The position numbers were made by a program, and so were the translations under genes. A DNA stretch of 64,000 bases from Dehalococcoidia bacterium (GTDB lineage Bacteria > Chloroflexota > Dehalococcoidia > Lucifugimonadales > JADFKI01). The DNA lies in contig OZ241999.1 of the NCBI GenBank assembly GCA_965204605.1, positions 364,598 to 428,597 of the forward strand, written 5' to 3'. The notes beneath the pieces are model-generated. The model was not told the DNA's origin, made no database searches, and saw nothing but the letters and a program-made list of their open reading frames with translations. Shown here piece after piece: positions 38,738 through 50,368 of this stretch (positions are counted from its first letter, which is position 1; the number at the start of each line of letters is the position of its first letter).

Positions 38738-38920
38738 CTACGCCTCACTGACCTCTACAAGGTGGCGCACTTTGAACACCATCCCTCTGATAGAGGGCGT
38801 GTCGTCGTGAACGACCGTTTGGTTGAGCTTGCGCAGTCCGAGCGCCTCGATAGTGCGGCGCTGGTCGCGCTTATAGCCGATGCCGCTGACCTTCCATGTT
38901 ACCGCTATCTTGTTTGCCAT
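38738..38920 (-). CDS. rpmD: 50S ribosomal protein L30
   Basis: [48 protein letters not shown]. Confidence 0.9.
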   Translation of the reverse strand: MANKIAVTWKVSGIGYKRDQRRTIEALGLRKLNQTVVHDDTPSIRGMVFKVRHLVEVSEA

Positions 38921-38934
38921 CTTTGAATCGGTCC

Positions 38935-39555
38935 TCAGCCTGCTGTTTGTCGGCGCGCGGCGGCGGCTTGTTGGGCGGCGGCGCGGCGCGCTTGTCGTTG
39001 GCGGATGCGCTCTATGCGCTCGCGCTCGCGCTGCTTGCCGTACTCCACGAGCCGCTTGCGGTGCGCGAACTCTTCGGTGGGGTCTTTCATTTCTTGCAAG
39101 CCATTGAAAGTGGCTTTGACCACATTAACCGGATTTGTGCTGCGCCGAACCTTCGTCATAATGTCTTGAATGCCCGCCAGCTCCACCACGGCGCGCACGG
39201 CGCCGCCCGCGATTACGCCGGTTCCCGGCTGCGCCGGCTTGAGCATAACAACGGAGCCGATGTATTTGGACAGGACTTCGTGGGGGATGGTGCTGCCCTG
39301 CCGCGAGACTTCGATGATGTTCTTGCGCGCTTCGGCGCCGCCTTTTCGCACGGCGTCCGGCACGGCGTCCGCTTTGCCCATGCCGATGCCCACATGCCCG
39401 TCCATATCGCCCACCACCACGACGGCGTTGAAGCTCAGATGGCGGCCGCCCTTCACCACTTTGGCGACGCGGGATATTTTCACCACCCGCTCGGTCAGCG
39501 GGAATTCGTCCTGATCTTCATCGCGACCGCCGCGACGCATCTGTTGAGTTGCCAT
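38935..39555 (-). CDS. rpsE: 30S ribosomal protein S5 (with ~45-aa basic C-terminal extension)
   Basis: V..I.RV.KVVKGGR..SF.A.VVVGD..G.VG.G.GKA..VP.A..K. The tail is ...[31 protein letters not shown]. Confidence 0.93.
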   Translation of the reverse strand: MATQQMRRGGRDEDQDEFPLTERVVKISRVAKVVKGGRHLSFNAVVVVGDMDGHVGIGMGKADAVPDAVRKGGAEARKNIIEVSRQGSTIPHEVLSKYIGSVVMLKPAQPGTGVIAGGAVRAVVELAGIQDIMTKVRRSTNPVNVVKATFNGLQEMKDPTEEFAHRKRLVEYGKQRERERIERIRQRQARRAAAQQAAAARRQTAG

Positions 39556-39924
39556 CTAAAACACCAAACCTCCCTTGCGGGCGGCATCCGCCAGCGCCTT
39601 GACGCGCCCGTGATACTTGTAGCCGCCTCTGTCGAAGACCACCCTGCTGACGCCCTTTTGCTGCGCGCGCTGCCCGATGAGTTCGCCGACAAGCTCGGCG
39701 AGTTCGGTCTTGCGCTTGTCGGCGTTTCGCTCTTTGACGGCTTGCTCTAGGCTTGACGCCGCCGCCAGCGTAACGCCTTGGCTGTCGTCAATCACCTGGG
39801 CATACACATGGTTCAGGCTGCGATACACGGACAGGCGCGGGCGCTCCGATGTGCCGCCGACTTTGCGGCGCACACGGACGTGCCGCATCACTCTTCTGCC
39901 TTTCTTAGTGCGAATCTTTGCCAT
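39556..39924 (-). CDS. rplR: 50S ribosomal protein L18
   Basis: R...R.RRK..GT.ERPRL.VYRS..H.YAQ.IDD and [22 protein letters not shown]. Confidence 0.93.
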   Translation of the reverse strand: MAKIRTKKGRRVMRHVRVRRKVGGTSERPRLSVYRSLNHVYAQVIDDSQGVTLAAASSLEQAVKERNADKRKTELAELVGELIGQRAQQKGVSRVVFDRGGYKYHGRVKALADAARKGGLVF

Positions 39925-39926
39925 CG

Positions 39927-40469
39927 CTACGCCCTCCTGGCGCTCTTGCCGGGCTTGAGACGCACTTGTTCGCCTGCGTAGCGAATGCCCTTGCCCGTAT
40001 AGATGTTGGGCGGTCTGACTTTGCGTATCTGCGCCGCCAGCTGCCCGACCTTTTGCTTGTCAATGCCGCGCACATGCACGCGATTGTTGCCTTCCACCTC
40101 AAGCGTAACGCCGTCCGGCGGCTGAACGTCGACTGGGTGGCTGAACATCACATTCAGCGTTATGCCGCTGCCGTTCTGCTGCACGCGATAGCCCACGCCC
40201 ACCAGTTCGATGCTCTTACTGAAGCCTTCGCTCACGCCCTCGACCATATTGGCGAGCAGGCTGCGCGTAAGCCCGTGCAACGCGCGATGATGCCCTTCGT
40301 CCGACGGGCGGCTGACCACCACTGCGCCGTTGTTTCGCGCAATCGACATATCGGGATGGAACGAATAGGTCAGAACGCCGCGCGCGCCCTTGACCGTAAC
40401 ATCGCTGCCCTGAATATCCACATCCACGCCTGACGGCAGCGGAACGGGCATATTGCCTATTCTGGACAT
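39927..40469 (-). CDS. rplF: 50S ribosomal protein L6
   Basis: MSRIG..P...P.GV.V........VKG..G and YKGKGI.Y-like [10 protein letters not shown]. Confidence 0.93.
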   Translation of the reverse strand: MSRIGNMPVPLPSGVDVDIQGSDVTVKGARGVLTYSFHPDMSIARNNGAVVVSRPSDEGHHRALHGLTRSLLANMVEGVSEGFSKSIELVGVGYRVQQNGSGITLNVMFSHPVDVQPPDGVTLEVEGNNRVHVRGIDKQKVGQLAAQIRKVRPPNIYTGKGIRYAGEQVRLKPGKSARRA

Positions 40470-40571
40470 TTCTACTCCTTGCCAAACGCTATTCTGCGAC
40501 TTGTGAAAGCGTGGTTCGCGGTTGAAACGAGGAATGCGCGGCGCGTCAACGCCCGCATTAGCGCCGGCCGC

Positions 40572-40973
40572 CTACCACACATAGCAGAGAAGTTCCCCGC
40601 CTATCCGCTCTCTCCACGCCTGCCGTCCGGTCATCACGCCCTTGGATGTGGACAAGATTGCGACGCCAAGCCCGCCGTAGGGACGGGGGATTTCGCCGTT
40701 CTTCACATACACTCGCAGGCCGGGCTTGCTCACTCGCTTCAGTCCGCTTATGGAGGGCTCGTCCGTATCGCGGTAGTGAAGGTAGATTCGAATGTTCGCC
40801 TGCGGAGCGCCTCGCCGATGGATGCTGTAGCCCTCTATGAAGCCCTCGCTTTTGAGGATTTCGGCGATGGACAGCTTCATCTTGGACATCGGCACCGGCA
40901 CCGAATCGTGCCGCGCCATAATGGCGTTGCGAATTCGCGTCAGCATATCCGCTATGGGGTCTGTTACTGGCAT
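40572..40973 (-). CDS. rpsH: 30S ribosomal protein S8
   Basis: [13 protein letters not shown]......V..P.SK.K..IA.IL..EGFI and G.E.LCYVW at the end. Confidence 0.93.
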   Translation of the reverse strand: MPVTDPIADMLTRIRNAIMARHDSVPVPMSKMKLSIAEILKSEGFIEGYSIHRRGAPQANIRIYLHYRDTDEPSISGLKRVSKPGLRVYVKNGEIPRPYGGLGVAILSTSKGVMTGRQAWRERIGGELLCYVW

Positions 40974-41004
40974 AATGTTCCTCTATGCGTCGGCCGCCAA
41001 GCGG

Positions 41005-41310
41005 CTACCAACTAGCCTTGCGCACGCCGGGCAGCAGCCCTTTGAGCGCCATTTCCCGGAAGGTTATCCGCGACAACCCGAAGTGTCTGATATAGCCGCG
41101 CGGCCTGCCTGTGGTCAGATCGCGGTTGCGCACGCGGTTGGGGTTGGCGTCCCTGGGCAGCAGCGCCAGGTCTTCACGCGCCTGAGCGCGCTCTTCCTGC
41201 GGGCGGCTCATATCTTGAGCGATCGCCCGGAGCTCCGCGCGCCGTTCCGCATACTTGGCGACGACCCGCTTGCGCCTTTCGTTCTTTGCTATCGAAGATT
41301 CCTTAGCCAC
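41005..41310 (-). CDS. rpsN: 30S ribosomal protein S14 (long, non-zinc type)
   Basis: [23 protein letters not shown] and the C-terminal R..FRE.A..G.LPGV.KASW. Confidence 0.9.
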   Translation of the reverse strand: MAKESSIAKNERRKRVVAKYAERRAELRAIAQDMSRPQEERAQAREDLALLPRDANPNRVRNRDLTTGRPRGYIRHFGLSRITFREMALKGLLPGVRKASW

Positions 41311-41335
41311 TTGTTATTTCCTCACTTGACGGGCT

Positions 41336-41890
41336 CTATGCCACCCGCCTATCCAAGTCCGAGCGCGTGAACGGCATACCCATCAGCTCCAGCATCCGAA
41401 GCCCTTCAGCGTCCGTGCGCGCGGTGGTTACGATGACTATCTGAAGCCCGCGCATCCTATCGATGGAGTTGTAGTCGATCTCAGGGAATATAACCTGTTC
41501 GCGGATGCCCAGCGAGTAATTGCCCCTGCCGTCGAAGGCGTTGCGCGATACGCCCTGAAAGTCGCGTATCCTGGGCAGCGATGAGCTTATCAGTCTGTCG
41601 ATGAACTCGTGCATACGCCTGCCGCGCAGCGTAACGCTGACGCCGATAGGCATGCCTTCTCGTATCTTGAAGCCCGCTATGGACTTTCGGGCGCGCGTGG
41701 TAACCGGCTTCTGTCCCGAAATCGCGGTCAAATCGCGCGTGGCGGCTTCCATCGCCCTTGCGTTGGTCAGCGCTTCGCCCAAGCCGATGTTAAGCGCTAT
41801 CTTGGCGAGGCGCGGCGCCTGCATAGGGCTGGAGTAGCCGAACTCCTGTATCATCACGGGCGCTACCTCATTGCGGATCTTGTCCAGCAT
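41336..41890 (-). CDS. rplE: 50S ribosomal protein L5
   Basis: [36 protein letters not shown] from ATG 41890. The longer track ORF overlaps rplX and is unlikely. GTG 41935 is an alternative start. Confidence 0.9.
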   Translation of the reverse strand: MLDKIRNEVAPVMIQEFGYSSPMQAPRLAKIALNIGLGEALTNARAMEAATRDLTAISGQKPVTTRARKSIAGFKIREGMPIGVSVTLRGRRMHEFIDRLISSSLPRIRDFQGVSRNAFDGRGNYSLGIREQVIFPEIDYNSIDRMRGLQIVIVTTARTDAEGLRMLELMGMPFTRSDLDRRVA

Positions 41891-41931
41891 GCGCGGCGCG
41901 GGCCTAGGCTGCGAGTTAGCGTTTTGCGTAG

Positions 41932-42243
41932 TCACTCGATCACTTCTCCGCTCTTCTTGGAGACTCTCGCCTTCGTTCCGTCCGCCAATTTGACATATCC
42001 CACGCGCGTGGGCTGTCCGCTGGCGGGGCATATGAGCATCAGATTGGATGCGCGGACGGGCATCTCTTTCTGAATGATGCCACCCTGCCGCACGCCTTGC
42101 GACGGCTTGGTGTGGCGCATAACGACGTTCACGCCTTCCACAAGCGCGGTGTCGTCTTTTGGAAACACCTGTTGAACGCGGCCGGTTTTGCCGCGGTCGC
42201 GTCCCTTAATCACGATAACATTGTCATCCGGGCGCAGCCGCAT
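41932..42243 (-). CDS. rplX: 50S ribosomal protein L24
   Basis: [19 protein letters not shown]......V.VEGVN.V.RH.KP. Confidence 0.92.
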   Translation of the reverse strand: MRLRPDDNVIVIKGRDRGKTGRVQQVFPKDDTALVEGVNVVMRHTKPSQGVRQGGIIQKEMPVRASNLMLICPASGQPTRVGYVKLADGTKARVSKKSGEVIE

Positions 42244-42611
42244 TAAAGCACCTCCGGCGCAAGCGATACGATACGCATAAAGTTCTTATCTCGAAGTTCG
42301 CGCGCCACTGGGCCGAATATGCGGGTGCCGCGCGGCATCTGGTCGTCGTTCACCAGCACAGCGGCGTTGTCGTCGAAGCGTATGTGCGAGCCGTCCGGCC
42401 TGCGGTGGCTCTTAGTGGTTCGCACCACCACCGCCTTCACCACTTCGCCCTTGCGGACGTTGGCGGCGGGCGCGGCTTCCTTCACAGACGCCACGATGAT
42501 GTCCCCAAGCCATGCGTACTGCCTACCGCTGCCGCCCGGAATGCCGATGCAGCTTATAGTCTTTGCGCCCGAATTGTCCGCCACTCTAAGGCGCGTGTAT
42601 ATCTGTATCAT
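42243..42611 (-). CDS. rplN: 50S ribosomal protein L14
   Basis: [14 protein letters not shown]...CI ... [11 protein letters not shown]...FMKI.SLAPEVL. Confidence 0.96.
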   Translation of the reverse strand: MIQIYTRLRVADNSGAKTISCIGIPGGSGRQYAWLGDIIVASVKEAAPAANVRKGEVVKAVVVRTTKSHRRPDGSHIRFDDNAAVLVNDDQMPRGTRIFGPVARELRDKNFMRIVSLAPEVL

Positions 42612-43066
42612 TGCCGATCTGCCTCCGCATCGCCGCTCTGTTCGGCGCTTACCGCTTCGGGCGCCGCTTCCGTCTCAGCGACCGGCGGCGCGTCCGTTTC
42701 CACCGCTACCTTGGAATCGATCGCCGCCGCGGTCGGTTCGTCGATCGGCTGCGGCTCGTCGATCACTTGCGGCTCATCCGCCACGATTATCTCTTCCGGC
42801 TGAATGTCCGCGATCTCTTCACGTTGCAGGATCTCTTCCACGCGCCACCGCTTCAGCTTTGACAGAGGGCGGCATTCGCGGATTCGCACCACATCTCCGA
42901 GCTTGCAGGCGTTCTGCGGGTCGTGCGCCATAAAGCGCGTTTCCCGTCGCACCGGCTTCTTATAGACACGATGCGGCCTGCGCCAACCCACGACGACCAC
43001 CACGGTCTTGTCCATCTTATCGCTGACGACCTTGCCAACCCTAACTTTGCGTCTTTCGTAGCTCAT
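42608..43066 (-). CDS. rpsQ: 30S ribosomal protein S17 with ~68-aa acidic C-terminal extension
   Basis: Core [19 protein letters not shown]......H..Y.K.V.R....MAHD..N.CK.GD.V.I.E.RPLSK.KRW.V. The tail is rich in E/D/P/A ([21 protein letters not shown]...). Confidence 0.9.
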   Translation of the reverse strand: MSYERRKVRVGKVVSDKMDKTVVVVVGWRRPHRVYKKPVRRETRFMAHDPQNACKLGDVVRIRECRPLSKLKRWRVEEILQREEIADIQPEEIIVADEPQVIDEPQPIDEPTAAAIDSKVAVETDAPPVAETEAAPEAVSAEQSGDAEADRQ

Positions 43067-43266
43067 AGCGCTTCTGCCGCCAACTCTCTTTCCCGCAGCA
43101 CGGTGTTGATGCGCGCGATGCGCTTGCGCGCTTTGCGGATTTCGTTCACATTGGACAACTGCATCGTCGCCGCCCGAAACCTCAGGTTCATAAGCTCGCG
43201 GTGCGTATCGTGCAACTCGCTGTGAAGCTCATCGTCCGTCAGTGTCCTGATGTCGTCTATTTCCAT
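43063..43266 (-). CDS. rpmC: 50S ribosomal protein L29
   Basis: R.L.D.EL...L.....EL.NLRF..AT.QL.N...I...R..IARI.TVL.E. Confidence 0.9.
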   Translation of the reverse strand: MEIDDIRTLTDDELHSELHDTHRELMNLRFRAATMQLSNVNEIRKARKRIARINTVLRERELAAEAL

Positions 43267-43308
43267 TGCATCCCTGCCATCTTGCTAACTGCCGTTTGCG
43301 CGGTTGCG

Positions 43309-43725
43309 CTAGACGCCCTGCTGCCGCGTTACGATGGAAGTCCCCATCGGAAGCTTGGACGACGCCAGGCGCAGCGCTTCTTTGGCGGTGTCTTCCGGCA
43401 CGCCCGCAATCTCAAACAGCACTCTGCCCGGCTTCACCACGGCGACCCAGTGATCGACCGCGCCCTTGCCGCTGCCCATGCGCGTTTCGGCGGCGCGCGC
43501 GGTTACCGACTTGTCCGGGAACACCCGAATCCAGATCTTGCCGCCCCTGCGGGCGTAGCGCGTCATAGCGCGGCGCGCGGCTTCTATCTGCCTCGACGTC
43601 ACCCATGCCGCCTCGGTGGCTTTGATGCCGTACTCGCCGAAGTTCATAGTGCTGCCGGCGACCGCAAGCCCCTTGCGCCGTCCCCTATGGTGATTGCGGT
43701 ATTTAACTCTTTTGGGTTGCAGCAT
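43309..43725 (-). CDS. rplP: 50S ribosomal protein L16
   Basis: [19 protein letters not shown]....FG.YG.KA and G.GKG....[12 protein letters not shown]. Confidence 0.95.
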   Translation of the reverse strand: MLQPKRVKYRNHHRGRRKGLAVAGSTMNFGEYGIKATEAAWVTSRQIEAARRAMTRYARRGGKIWIRVFPDKSVTARAAETRMGSGKGAVDHWVAVVKPGRVLFEIAGVPEDTAKEALRLASSKLPMGTSIVTRQQGV

Positions 43726-44479
43726 CCGCAGCCTCCGATGTAGTTCTGACAGCGTTAGCCGTTGCAGTCTCAGTAGCGCCCGTAGTGACGGTAACCTCTA
43801 TGGGGGCAATATCGGACTGCGCGGACGCCGCTTGCGGTCTTTCCCTGGGTTCAGGCGCAATATCGCCCTTGTAAATCCAAACCTTGATGCCGATGCGCCC
43901 GAACTCGGTGGACGCTTCGGCGATTGCGTAGTCAATGTCCGCGCGCAATGTGTGCAGCGGCACGCGCCCTTCCATCGCCTTTTCGCGTCGGGCGATGTCG
44001 GCGCCGCCCAGCCGTCCCGATATAAGCACCTTGATGCCCAGCGCGCCCGATTGCATCGTCCGCATAACCGTTTGGCGTATCGCGCGGCGGAATGCGACAC
44101 GACGCTCCAACTGTTCGGCGACATTGCGCGCCACCAGATAGGCGTCCAGTTCGGGCTGGCGAATTTCCTGCACATTCAGCCGCGCGCGCTTGGCGGTCTT
44201 AGCCTCAAGCTCTTTGCGGAGCTCTTCAACGCGCTGGCCGCCGCGCCCGATTACGATGCCCGGCCGCGCCGTATGAATCGTAATCACCACGGCGTTGCTG
44301 CGCTCAATCTCGACTCGCGATATGCCCGCCTCCGGATAGCGCGCCAGTATCATATCGCGAACCTCAATGTCTTCCTTGACGAGGCTGCGATACTCTTCGG
44401 GTTTAGAGGCGAACCAGCGGGACTGCCAATCCTTGATTACGCCGAGGCGAAATCCGATTGGATGCGTTTTCTGACCCAA
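43703..44479 (-). CDS. rpsC: 30S ribosomal protein S3 (TTG start; Thr/Ala-rich C-terminal tail)
   Basis: (L)[21 protein letters not shown], the canonical S3 N-terminus if TTG 44479 is used. The start abuts the rplV stop. Confidence 0.93.
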   Translation of the reverse strand: MGQKTHPIGFRLGVIKDWQSRWFASKPEEYRSLVKEDIEVRDMILARYPEAGISRVEIERSNAVVITIHTARPGIVIGRGGQRVEELRKELEAKTAKRARLNVQEIRQPELDAYLVARNVAEQLERRVAFRRAIRQTVMRTMQSGALGIKVLISGRLGGADIARREKAMEGRVPLHTLRADIDYAIAEASTEFGRIGIKVWIYKGDIAPEPRERPQAASAQSDIAPIEVTVTTGATETATANAVRTTSEAADAATQKS

Positions 44480-44480
44480 C

Positions 44481-44819
44481 TTAGTCAACCTCCTCGTCAA
44501 CAACAACCGTGATATGGCTGTTTCTTCGGGTTATACGCGCGACGCGTCCCCGCGCACGCGCACGGAAGCGCTTGGCGCGCGGCCCTTCGTTGGCGTAAAT
44601 TTCGACTATGCGCAAATCCGACGGACGCGCCACCAGCTCATTCTGCGCGTTGAACACCGCCGACCGCACCACCTTCGCCACCTGCGCCGCGATTGGAGAC
44701 GGCAGAAAGCGCAGCGTGTTCATCGCGTCATCCACCATCATGCCCCGTATCATATCGATAATGGGCTTAACTTTCTTAACGGAGTAACCCGTGTTTGTCG
44801 CTACTGCTCTGATAGGCAT
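44481..44819 (-). CDS. rplV: 50S ribosomal protein L22
   Basis: KV.P..D.IRG..V..A...L.F.P...A..V.K.V.SA..NA. Confidence 0.92.
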   Translation of the reverse strand: MPIRAVATNTGYSVKKVKPIIDMIRGMMVDDAMNTLRFLPSPIAAQVAKVVRSAVFNAQNELVARPSDLRIVEIYANEGPRAKRFRARARGRVARITRRNSHITVVVDEEVD

Positions 44820-44907
44820 TGTTCCACCACTCTGCTAACCCTGAAGCGCGCAATCCCCAACTCAGTTGACGACTGCCGCCCGCAAGTCCGCGGTTCGCCG
44901 CAATCGC

Positions 44908-45192
44908 TCACCGCGCGCGCGTTGTGCGCTCCGACCGCGAGATATGTCCCCGAAAGGTTCGCGTAGGCGCAAACTCCCCGAGCTTATGCCCCACCATATT
45001 CTCAGTTATGAACAACGGCACATGCCGCCGTCCGTCGTGAACCGCAATCGTCAGCCCCAGCATATCCGGCATTATCGTCGACGCGCGCGACCAAGTCCTG
45101 ATGACCGTTCTGCTTCGGCTGTTCTGCGTCGCGGTTACCTTCTTCGCCAGCTTGGGATGCACATAAGGCCCCTTCTTGGTTGAGCGGGACAT
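44908..45192 (-). CDS. rpsS: 30S ribosomal protein S19
   Basis: [11 protein letters not shown]...L..KV ... [30 protein letters not shown]. Confidence 0.95.
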   Translation of the reverse strand: MSRSTKKGPYVHPKLAKKVTATQNSRSRTVIRTWSRASTIMPDMLGLTIAVHDGRRHVPLFITENMVGHKLGEFAPTRTFRGHISRSERTTRAR

Positions 45193-45227
45193 ATCTATTC
45201 TCCACTATGAGGTCTGATTGAGTTTGA

Positions 45228-45267
45228 GGATGCGCCGATAATCCGATGCCGGTTATTAGGCGCATCC
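45228..45267. other. GC-rich palindromic hairpin (GGATGCGCC ... GGCGCATCC) in the rplB-rpsS spacer
   Basis: 9-bp perfect arms at 45228..45236 and 45259..45267. Same core as the hairpins at 53632 and 63314. Confidence 0.5.
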
Positions 45268-45286
45268 GCGGCGTTAACTGCTGCCT

Positions 45287-46120
45287 TTAGCGCTTGCCCC
45301 GCCGTCGCACGATGAACTTGTCTGACGGCTTCTTCTTCTTGCGCGTGCGATAGCCCAGCGCCGGCTTGCCCCAAGGCGTCTTGGGCCCGGGCATGCCGAT
45401 GGGCGAGCGCCCTTCGCCGCCGCCGTGCGGATGGTCGCGCGGCGACATCACCGACCCGCGCACCTCCGGCCGCCAGCCCATATTGCGCTTGCGCCCCGCC
45501 TTGCCCAGCTTCACATTCTTATGGTCAAGGTTGCTCACCTGCCCGATGGTAGCCATGCAGGCGCTCAACACATTTCGCATTTCGCCCGACGGCAGCCGCA
45601 GCAGGGCGTACTTGCCCTCTTTCGCCAGAAGCTGCGCCGAGCCGCCCGCGCTCCGAACCATCTGGCCGCCTCTGCCCACCTTCATCTCGATGTTGTGAAC
45701 CTGCGTGCCTTCGCGAATAGAGCGCAACGGCAGCGCGTTGCCGACGCGCGGTTCGGCGCGCTCGCCCGACTCGATCTTGTCCCCCACTTGCAAGCCGTCC
45801 GGCGCCAGAATATAGCGCCACTCGCCGTCCGGATACTTTATCAGCGCGATGCGCGCCGATCGGTTCGGGTCATACTCGATCGTAGTAACTTCGCCCGGTA
45901 TGCCGTGCTTATCGCGCTTGAAGTCGATGATGCGATAGCGGCGCTTGTGTCCGCCGCCGCGGTGCCGCACGGTGATGCGCCCGGCGGAGTTGCGCCCGGC
46001 GCGCTTCTTCAGCGGCCGCACCAGCGCCTTCTTGGGCTTGCGCGTAGTTATCTCTTCCGACGTGGGCAGCACTGCGCCGCGCTGTCCAGGAGTTCGTGGG
46101 TTTCTGGCTCTCAACGGCAT
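45287..46120 (-). CDS. rplB: 50S ribosomal protein L2
   Basis: [15 protein letters not shown] from ATG 46120, plus [22 protein letters not shown] and [12 protein letters not shown]-like [12 protein letters not shown]. Confidence 0.95.
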   Translation of the reverse strand: MPLRARNPRTPGQRGAVLPTSEEITTRKPKKALVRPLKKRAGRNSAGRITVRHRGGGHKRRYRIIDFKRDKHGIPGEVTTIEYDPNRSARIALIKYPDGEWRYILAPDGLQVGDKIESGERAEPRVGNALPLRSIREGTQVHNIEMKVGRGGQMVRSAGGSAQLLAKEGKYALLRLPSGEMRNVLSACMATIGQVSNLDHKNVKLGKAGRKRNMGWRPEVRGSVMSPRDHPHGGGEGRSPIGMPGPKTPWGKPALGYRTRKKKKPSDKFIVRRRGKR

Positions 46121-46121
46121 C

Positions 46122-46415
46122 TTAGACGCCCTCAAAGATAGTTATGCTGTCGCCGGGCGCGAGCGTAACTATCGCTTTCTTCATAGACTTCTGCTGAGTG
46201 AACCGCGGCCCATACCGCTTCACTTTGCCCGGCTTTTTCATCGTGTTCACTTTCGTAACCTTCACGTCGAAGGCTTGCTGCACTGCCCACTTTATCTGAT
46301 GCTTGGTCGCGGATGGCGCAACCTCGAACACATAACGCCCGTCATCCTGCATATCGGTGCTCTTCTCAGTGATGATAGGTCTTCTCAATATCTCAAACGG
46401 ATGCAAATCCATCAC
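46122..46415 (-). CDS. rplW: 50S ribosomal protein L23
   Basis: [11 protein letters not shown]......G.YVFEV...A.K.QIK.AV...F.VKV..VNT. Confidence 0.92.
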   Translation of the reverse strand: MMDLHPFEILRRPIITEKSTDMQDDGRYVFEVAPSATKHQIKWAVQQAFDVKVTKVNTMKKPGKVKRYGPRFTQQKSMKKAIVTLAPGDSITIFEGV

Positions 46416-46424
46416 TTCACCCCG

Positions 46425-47114
46425 CTAATCGTCATCGCCCGCAGCCACAGCCGTCGCTGCAACCGCATCCGGCCGCTTGCGGCGGACGAACTCGCCGCCC
46501 CATATCGACTCTGCCTTTCGCACCGCGTCGAGCGTCATCACAACCTTGTTGGCGTTCAGCAGATCCAGCGCATTCAGCAGCGCCACCGGCAGCGTGCGAA
46601 CCTTCGGTATATTGCGTGCCGCGCGCTGTACGGCGTCATTCGGCGCATCGCACACCAGCAGCGCCGAAGACTCGACTTTTAGCGCCTGCAGCATCTGCGC
46701 CATGCTCTTAGTTTTGGCGTCATCAAGCCGAAGTTCGTCGACGACAATCAAATTGCGCGCGCGCGCCTTATCGGACAGCGCTATCTTGATGGCTTCGCGC
46801 TTCATTCGCTTGGGCGTGCGCTGGCGGTAACTGCGAGGCGTGGGGCCGAACACCACGCCGCCCCCGCGCCATTGCGGCGAGCGAATGGATCCCTGCCTAG
46901 CGCGCCCCGTGTACTTCTGCGGACGCGGCTTTGCGCCGCCGCCGGACACCTCCGAGCGCGTCTTAACTTTCGCCGTTCCCTGCCGCTTGTTGGCGAGCTG
47001 CCCCACGATGACTTGATGCAGTAGCGCGGCGTTCATCGGCGCGGCGAACACATCGTCCAGCGCCTCCACGCTGTCCAACACGGAGCCTCTGACGTTCCTC
47101 AACTCAAGCTTCAA
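46425..47114 (-). CDS. rplD: 50S ribosomal protein L4
   Basis: A.LH.V.V.QLAN.RQGTA..KTRSEVSGGG.KP..QK.TGRAR.GSIRSPQWRGGGVVFGP. Confidence 0.93.
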   Translation of the reverse strand: MKLELRNVRGSVLDSVEALDDVFAAPMNAALLHQVIVGQLANKRQGTAKVKTRSEVSGGGAKPRPQKYTGRARQGSIRSPQWRGGGVVFGPTPRSYRQRTPKRMKREAIKIALSDKARARNLIVVDELRLDDAKTKSMAQMLQALKVESSALLVCDAPNDAVQRAARNIPKVRTLPVALLNALDLLNANKVVMTLDAVRKAESIWGGEFVRRKRPDAVAATAVAAGDDD

Positions 47115-47755
47115 GATATGTTCCTTCTGCGCTTGCCCGCTTTTCTCACGATTACGAGGGAGTTGCGCGCTCCGGGAACGCTGCCCCGCACCAGCAGCAG
47201 ATTGCGTTCCGCGTCTGCCAGCACAACCTTAAGCCCGCGCGATGTAACCTTTGCATCCCCCATATGTCCCGCCATCTTCAAGCCCTTGATGACGCGCCCC
47301 GGCGTGCTGCCCGCGCCCACCGAACCCGGCGCGCGATGGCGGTCGGACTGCCCGTGCGTCTTAGGCCCACCGCGAAAGTTATACCGGCGCACGCCGCCCG
47401 CAAAGCCGCGCCCCTTGGACTTGCCCGTAACCTCTATGGCGTCGCCCGCCTCGAACACGCTCACATCCAGCGACTGCCCCACTTCCACATCCGCAGCATC
47501 GTCCACGCCAACCTCGCGCAGATGGCGGAATAGTTGGCCGCCGCTGCGACTAAGATGCCCCGCCTTGGGCTTGGTAGCCCGCCGCACCGGCTCAAAGCCT
47601 AGTTGAACGCTTTCGTATCCGTCATTCTCAGCAGTCTTTACCTGCGTTACCGTGCAAGGCCCAACCTCTATAGCGGTTACGCAGTCAACCTTGCCGTCCG
47701 CATGAAAGACCTGCGTGGTGCCGATTTTCTTGCCTATTAGCCCGTGAATTGCCAT
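47111..47755 (-). CDS. rplC: 50S ribosomal protein L3
   Basis: GLIGKKIG.TQVF...G....VT.IE.GPC.VTQVKT and TGKSKGRGF.G..RR.NF.GGP..HG.S..HR.PGS.G. Confidence 0.95.
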   Translation of the reverse strand: MAIHGLIGKKIGTTQVFHADGKVDCVTAIEVGPCTVTQVKTAENDGYESVQLGFEPVRRATKPKAGHLSRSGGQLFRHLREVGVDDAADVEVGQSLDVSVFEAGDAIEVTGKSKGRGFAGGVRRYNFRGGPKTHGQSDRHRAPGSVGAGSTPGRVIKGLKMAGHMGDAKVTSRGLKVVLADAERNLLLVRGSVPGARNSLVIVRKAGKRRRNIS

Positions 47756-47769
47756 AACTAAATCTCTGC

Positions 47770-48087
47770 TTAAAGCTTGATTGAGATGTCCACGCCCGCC
47801 GGTACATTCAGCCGCGTGAGCGAGTCTATCGTCTTGGATGTAGGCTCTTGAATGTCTATAAGCCTGTTGTGGGTGCGAAGCTCGAAGTGTTCGCGCGAGT
47901 TCTTGTCGATGTGCGGACCGCGTATCACGCAGAAGCGCTTGATGGCGGTCGGCAGCGGCACAGGCCCCGACACGCGCGCGCCCGTGCGCTCCGCCGCCTC
48001 CACAATCTGCCCGGCGGACTGGTCCAGAAGCCGATGATCGAAGGCTTTCAGGATGATCCGTATCTTCTGGCTATTGGTCGTAACCAT
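47770..48087 (-). CDS. rpsJ: 30S ribosomal protein S10
   Basis: [16 protein letters not shown]...IVE.A.RTGA...GP.PLPT....F.V.RGPH.DK.SREHFE.RTH.RLIDI. Confidence 0.96.
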   Translation of the reverse strand: MVTTNSQKIRIILKAFDHRLLDQSAGQIVEAAERTGARVSGPVPLPTAIKRFCVIRGPHIDKNSREHFELRTHNRLIDIQEPTSKTIDSLTRLNVPAGVDISIKL

Positions 48088-48124
48088 ATGCTGCTTTCAC
48101 CGCCCCTTGATCGGTTTCGTTTCC

Positions 48125-50182
48125 CTAAATAGCCAACACGCCATCAGGCGCGGGCTCGTAGTTGTCGAACTCCATTGTGTAGCCGGCGCGCCCCTGCGTC
48201 AGCGAGCGTATGGCGCTGGCGTAGCCGAAGCTTTCGCCCAGCGGTATGGACGCGTTCACCACTTGGATTTCGCCCTGCCCCTCTATATTGCGAATAGCGG
48301 CGCGCCGACGTCCCAAATCGCCCAGCACTTCGCCCAAAAACTCGCCCGGAGTTACAACCTCCAGGCTCATAATGGGCTCCAGCAGTACCGGACGCGCCTT
48401 GTTCACGGCGTCTTTCGCCGCCATAGATCCCGCAATCTGGAAGGACACCTGCGACGAATCCACTTCATGCGAACTGCCGTCGATCAGCGTAATCTTCATA
48501 TCGATGAGCGGAAAGCCCGACAGCGGCCCCGTGTTCAGCGCCTCGCGTATTCCCGACTGCGCCGCCGGTATGAACTCGCGCGGGATTGCGCCGCCCGTAA
48601 TCTTGTCCTCGATCTGGATGCCGGAGCCGCGCTCGCCCGGCTCCACTTGCAGCACAACATGCCCGAACTGGCCGTGTCCGCCCGTCTGCCGCACAAACCG
48701 TCCCACGCCTTCCGTTGATCTGCGAATGGTTTCGCGATAGGCGACGCGCGGTTTGCCCACATTCCCCTCGACCTTGAACTCGCGCTTCATCCTGTCCACC
48801 AGAATTTCCAGGTGAAGTTCGCCCATCCCGGACATAATCGTCTGTCCGGTCTCGTCGTCGTAGTTGATCTTGAATGTGGGATCTTCGTCCGAGAGCTTCA
48901 CCAGCGCGTCCGAAAGCTTGTCTTGGTCGGCGCGCGAGCGCGGTTCCACCGCAACCGATATGACCGGTTCGGGGAACTTGATGCTCTCCAAAACTATCTG
49001 GCTGTCTTGGGCGCAAATCGTGTCCCCGGTTGCGGTGTCTTTCAGCCCCACCGCCGCCGCTATCTGCCCGGCATACACCATCGGCACATCTTCGCGATGC
49101 TGCGCGTGCATCTGCACGATGCGCCCAAGCCGTTCCCGCCGCCGCTTCGTGGAGTTATAGATCGACGCCCCCGCTTCCGCCGTCCCCGAATAGACGCGGA
49201 AATACACCAAGCGTCCAATATACGGGTCTGATACGGTCTTGAATACAAGCGCTGAGAAGGGTTCGGAGGGATCGGGGTGGCGGGTAATCTCTTCGTCTGA
49301 GGCATGGGCAGTTCCGGTAACGGGCGGCACATCGAGCGGTGAGGGCAGATAATCGCAAATAGCGTCTATAAGCGGCTGCACGCCCTTAGTTCGCAGCGCA
49401 GTCCCGCAGAACACCGGCACTATCTGATAACCGATAGTCGCCTTTCGCAGCGCATCCTTGATTTCCTGATTGCCTATCTCTTCCTCTTCGATGTACTTCA
49501 TCAGAAGCTCATCGTCGGTTTCGGCAATCTTCTCAATCATCTGGTCGCGGTATGTGAGAAAATCTTCGAAGAGTTCCTCAGGCACAGGACCTTCCCTAGG
49601 CGTGTCCACGCCCTCGGTCGCCCATGTCCACGACTTGCCCTCGATCAGATCGATAACGCCCGTAAAGGCGTCTTCCTGCCCGATGGGTATCTGAACCGCT
49701 ATCGGGTTGGCTTTCAACCGATGCGATATTGTGTCTATAGTGCGGTGAAAATCGGCGCCCACGCGATCCATCTTGTTCACAAAGCAGATGCGCGGCACAT
49801 TGTACTTGTCCGCCTGCCGCCACACCGTCTCGGACTGCGGCTGCACGCCCGCCACCGCATCGAACACCACCACGCCGCCATCCAAAATGCGCAAGCTGCG
49901 CTCCACCTCGGCGGTAAAGTCCACATGCCCCGGCGTGTCTATGATGTTGATGGCGTAGTCGTTCCACTCCGCGGTCGTGGCAGCCGAAGTAATCGTAATG
50001 CCGCGCTCGCGTTCCTGCGCCATCCAGTCCATCGCCGTCGTGCCGTCATCCACGCCGCCAATCTTGTGGATGCGCCCCGTGAAATACAGCACGCGCTCAG
50101 TCACCGTCGTCTTGCCGGCGTCGATATGAGCGATGAACCCTATATTCCGTGTCTTTTCCAAGTCTTGCAGAGTCGCAGGCAT
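48125..50182 (-). CDS. fusA: Translation elongation factor G
   Basis: 685 aa with [32 protein letters not shown] and the C-terminal domains. Downstream of rpsL-rpsG. Confidence 0.96.
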   Translation of the reverse strand: MPATLQDLEKTRNIGFIAHIDAGKTTVTERVLYFTGRIHKIGGVDDGTTAMDWMAQERERGITITSAATTAEWNDYAINIIDTPGHVDFTAEVERSLRILDGGVVVFDAVAGVQPQSETVWRQADKYNVPRICFVNKMDRVGADFHRTIDTISHRLKANPIAVQIPIGQEDAFTGVIDLIEGKSWTWATEGVDTPREGPVPEELFEDFLTYRDQMIEKIAETDDELLMKYIEEEEIGNQEIKDALRKATIGYQIVPVFCGTALRTKGVQPLIDAICDYLPSPLDVPPVTGTAHASDEEITRHPDPSEPFSALVFKTVSDPYIGRLVYFRVYSGTAEAGASIYNSTKRRRERLGRIVQMHAQHREDVPMVYAGQIAAAVGLKDTATGDTICAQDSQIVLESIKFPEPVISVAVEPRSRADQDKLSDALVKLSDEDPTFKINYDDETGQTIMSGMGELHLEILVDRMKREFKVEGNVGKPRVAYRETIRRSTEGVGRFVRQTGGHGQFGHVVLQVEPGERGSGIQIEDKITGGAIPREFIPAAQSGIREALNTGPLSGFPLIDMKITLIDGSSHEVDSSQVSFQIAGSMAAKDAVNKARPVLLEPIMSLEVVTPGEFLGEVLGDLGRRRAAIRNIEGQGEIQVVNASIPLGESFGYASAIRSLTQGRAGYTMEFDNYEPAPDGVLAI

Positions 50183-50368
50183 GCCTATATTCCTGATGCC
50201 CTAATCGGCATTGACGCGCTTCCGTTTCGGCGCATTGCCCCGCATCCCGTCCGCCAAACCCCGCCTTTGCGTGTATCCCTATCCCTATATTGGAAACTAT
50301 CCGAAACTTTCGTCCAATGCCGCTTGAATGTTGTCTTATGTAGATTGCGCATCGCCGCCGCCCTCAGC

